DNA from: Azolla caroliniana
Taxonomy: Eukaryota; Plantae; Polypodiophyta
Assembly (NCBI GenBank): GCA_043228905.1
Contig: JBHGNT010000020.1
Span: 14,198,001-14,262,000 of the forward strand
Length of the DNA: 64,000 nucleotides
Reading direction: 5' to 3'
Shown here: positions 61,405-64,000 of the stretch, one piece after another
Layout of the letters: every line of letters begins with the position of its first letter
Numbering within the stretch: the first letter of the stretch is position 1
Notes under the pieces: generated by a model
Database searches by the model: none
What the model was told of the DNA's origin: nothing
The model's input: the letters and a program-made list of their open reading frames with translations, nothing else
Program-made: the position numbers and the translations under genes

Positions 61405-61520
61405 TTTTTTTTCCATTCCAAAAAAGGAGATGCTTTCCCATTAGTTAAGAGAGAATTTTACAGAAAGGCTATACAAGGTGGCTTATATATATATATGGGG
61501 GAATCACCCCTCGGCCGAGC
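61405..61520 (-). mobile_element. Short dispersed repeat, copy 2 (probable non-LTR element 3' tail)
   Basis: Minus strand GCTCGGCCGAGGGGTGATTCCCCC-ATATATATAAGCCACCTTGTATAGCCTTTCTGTAAAATTCTCTCTTAACTAATGGGAAAG..TTTTTTGGAATGG-A8; homologous to 47708-47825. Confidence 0.55.
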
Positions 61521-61990
61521 ATTACTACTCATATTGGTAATGAGATAACGTTGGATACGATCAATAGGCATTATTGCTTTATATTGAGACCAACATTCAG
61601 GGTTGACATTTGCAATGCAATATTCTAGCTTTGTCCTCTTAGCATCTTCCCACTTCATCCTTAATGATTCCATCAACCTTTCTGCAATCATTATATACTG
61701 CATAGCATTGCCCGAAAGCTCTAAAAGATCATCCACATCCCATCTTCTAAACCATTTCCTTATGTCAACAACCCAACCGGATGAGAGAATCTTACTTTTA
61801 TGATTCTTTTGTAGCTTACATCCAACATTCCAAGTAAGATGTGATAATCGATGATTTGGCATATTCTTGACTTTGTAATGTATTTATATACACTTTGGAG
61901 TGCCAATAGTTCTATGGGTTAAACACCTATTTCCAAGAGCATAACCCGATAAGAAGTAGTGCATTTAACTCCTAATTGCCTCTCCTAAGA
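61521..61990 (-). mobile_element. RTE/L2-like LINE fragment, same family as 11345-12238
   Basis: RRQLGVKCTTSYRVMLLE..YKYITK.KNMPNHRL..WNVGCKLQKNHKSKILSSGW..KWF aligns by eye with the Thg1 intron 3 relic. Confidence 0.7.
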
Positions 61991-62323
61991 AGTAAGAGAG
62001 AGAGAGAGTGGAAGAGAGAAGTATGATAAGAGGAAGTATATTATATGACGAAGAGTACAAGGATAACTACGAGGCTTAAGACTAACGTTGAACCGAATTG
62101 GTGCTAAATAATGCCATGTACCTCTATTTATAGTGTTATCAGGAGTATTCCTGAGGTTTCTAGAATGTTCTAGAGTAATATAGAATATTACATGAATTTT
62201 CTATAATAAAATAACAAATGAAAATAATATCTTTTGCATTAGAATGCATAGCTTAATAGTATGACTTTAACCTGTGTAACATAGGGTCACGGGTTCAAAT
62301 CCTTTTGGAGCCATATCATGACA
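61991..62323 (-). repeat. Putative 3' LTR of the chromovirus (~333 bp)
   Basis: Starts TGTCATG right after the PPT; TATA CTATAAATAGAGG at ~62133-62121; CT-rich U5-like end near 61991 where LINE homology resumes. The far end reads TACT rather than TACA, so that boundary is uncertain. No second LTR is in the window. Confidence 0.65.
62242..62313 (+). ncRNA. Degenerate tRNA-like sequence (Pol III A and B boxes) inside the chromovirus LTR, antisense to the element
   Basis: 72 nt. A-box-like TAGCTTAATAG at tRNA position 8; GGTC then T-arm ACGGGTTCAAATCC with B box GGTTCAAATCC; 3' end TGGAGCCA. Acceptor and anticodon stems pair poorly, so it is not a functional tRNA. Confidence 0.6.
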
Positions 62324-63668
62324 ATATCCCCTCCTTTAAATGACGAGTGTTACGAGTCGTCTTTGATTGAGGACTTGGTTTGTTTGGATATTGGCGATGG
62401 AAATCCCCAAGAAGAGCTTGAGCATTGGCCACATTCTCTACCAAAGTACAATCGTTTGGACTATATCCTAACCAATCTACAAAATAGTAGAGCTTGTTGC
62501 GAACAATCTTGGAATCGAGGATGGTAGCAACTTCGTACTCAGGTCCATCTGCAAGTTCGATCGTGGATGGAGGTGGTGTAATATGATTAGGAATAAAGCT
62601 TTCTTGACATGGTTCTAGGAGAGAACTATGATATACTGGATGTATTCGTAATTGCGAAGGTAGATCAAGGCGAACTGTGACATCATTAATTTTTCCATTA
62701 ATACAGAAAGGGCCTAACCTTTGATAATCCAATTTGGCGCATGGTCGAGTAGTTTTTATGTGTCGTTGTAATAGCCATACTCGATCTCCAATATCAAAAC
62801 AGGATGGAAACCGATGATGATCTGCATAGTCCTTCTGTGTTTGTTGGGCTTGATGTAGGTGGTTAGATAGTTCTGCCAGAATCTTGCGTAGTCGCTCCAA
62901 ATGATCTTGTGCACTAGGATTTGTGGGTAATTCATGAGTTTCGAATACACACCAGCGAGGATGATAGCATGTATAAGCATTGAATGGTGTAACCCTAGTA
63001 GAAGAGTAGATAGAATTAGTATAATCAAATTCGGCTAAGTGTAATATATCTTCCCAATCATCTTGTTGATAGCTCAGGAAACACTGAAGATATTGCTCCA
63101 GTGTTTGATTTGTATGTTCTGCTTGTCCATCCGTTTGGGGATGGTAACTGAAGGAGAGGTTGTAAGTGACCTTGAGCATTTTGAAGAGATGCTTCCAAAA
63201 ATTAGATATGAATTGAGGTCCACGATCATTGATGATGTTGTTAGGAAGACCATGGTGCCGAAATACTTCATGCATAACGATACCTGCAGTGTCTTCACTA
63301 GTGAACTCTTTAGTACATGGGCAAGTAATGCACAACTTAATATATTGATCAACCAATGTTAAGATGACATTGCAACCCTTAGAATCCGGAAGATCTGCGA
63401 TAAAATCCAAAGGTTCAATGGATTGCCACGGATTGCTTGGGATCGGTAATGGCTCCAATAAACCATATGGATGATGTCGGGGTATCTTTGCTCTGCAACA
63501 TGTATCACATGTTTGAACATAGTCTTCAACAAATCTTTGCATATGGGGCCACCAAAATGATCTGGTTACTAAATCCAATGTTTTAGTACTACCAAAATAT
63601 CCAATTGTGTATGTATCATGACAATTTTGTACGATTCGAAGGCGAGATGAACCATTGGGAACAAACAA
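62316..63668 (-). pseudogene. Gypsy integrase with C-terminal chromodomain (decayed pol)
   Basis: Zn-binding remnant CHD...CDTC, PYGLLEPLP, LDF / INDRGPQF / HPQTDGQAE (DDE), KTTRPCAKLDYQRLGPF, IHPVYHSSLL, chromodomain EYEVATILDSKIVRNKLYYFVDWLGY. A stop and frameshift upstream separate it from RNase H. Confidence 0.88.
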
Positions 63669-64000
63669 AAGATTTTTAAAGAATACTAATCCATCATGCC
63701 ATTTGAATTGCCGATTATCTGTACCTAGTTGTTGTGATCGTGAATAGGATGCTCGAGTACGATCAATCTATCTAGGATATCTTGAGCAAAGACGCCAGCC
63801 TTCAAATCTTGACGTATTGTATCAATAATGCTGGAATCCAATGGAGTATCAAAAACCAAAGTTGCTTGCAGTCGTGTCGGACCCAGGATTACCTACTTTT
63901 GATTATCAAAGGTTGGATCACTAGGACGAGGTGCTAGATACGAGTGCCGTGATAATGCATCTGCCTTTCCTTGTTGTTTGCCCGGATGATATGTAACCTT

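Larger units (their letters stand above)
61991..64000 (-). mobile_element. 3' part of a Ty3/Gypsy chromovirus (Tcn1-like), running off the window edge
   Basis: RNase H end (YHPGKQQGKADALSR at ~63950-63990), integrase and chromodomain. PPT AAAGGAGGGGATAT at 62337-62324 is immediately followed by TG at 62323. Confidence 0.9.

Noticed and set aside
62242-62313. Functional tRNA gene, possibly Thr(UGU)-derived
   Set aside because: Acceptor stem mostly mismatched and anticodon loop non-canonical; kept only as tRNA-like, identity unassigned.

Overview
Eukaryotic land-plant nuclear DNA. The host is inferred to be a seed-free vascular plant such as a fern, from the PLS-PPR style, single-unit Thg1 and Tcn1-like chromovirus; this is not proven. 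The left 41 kb holds five host genes: an intronless single-domain plastid EF-Ts (-), an intronless PLS/E-class PPR gene (+), a 7-exon tRNA-His guanylyltransferase Thg1 (+), an 18-exon cytosolic PheRS alpha subunit (-) and an 8-exon MORN-repeat PI4P 5-kinase (-). Between Thg1 and PheRS lies a decayed short-LTR Copia element (TSD AATGA, TG..TA ends). Its RT is split by a very young, intact, CpG-rich Copia element (TSD GATGT). The right 23 kb has no recognisable host genes: it contains a 1-kb compound microsatellite, LINE relics, local duplications and the 3' end of a chromodomain Gypsy element. Most notable observations: (1) a tRNA-like Pol III unit at the edge of the Gypsy LTR; (2) four tandem CCAAT-N9-CCACGTCA (ERSE/UPRE-type) elements upstream of the PPR gene; (3) a possible shared first exon that would nest the PPR gene inside the Thg1 5' UTR intron; (4) a stand-alone EF-Ts lacking the PETs polyprotein architecture; (5) CCGA/TCGG word enrichment in the young Copia. 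All exon boundaries were read by eye.
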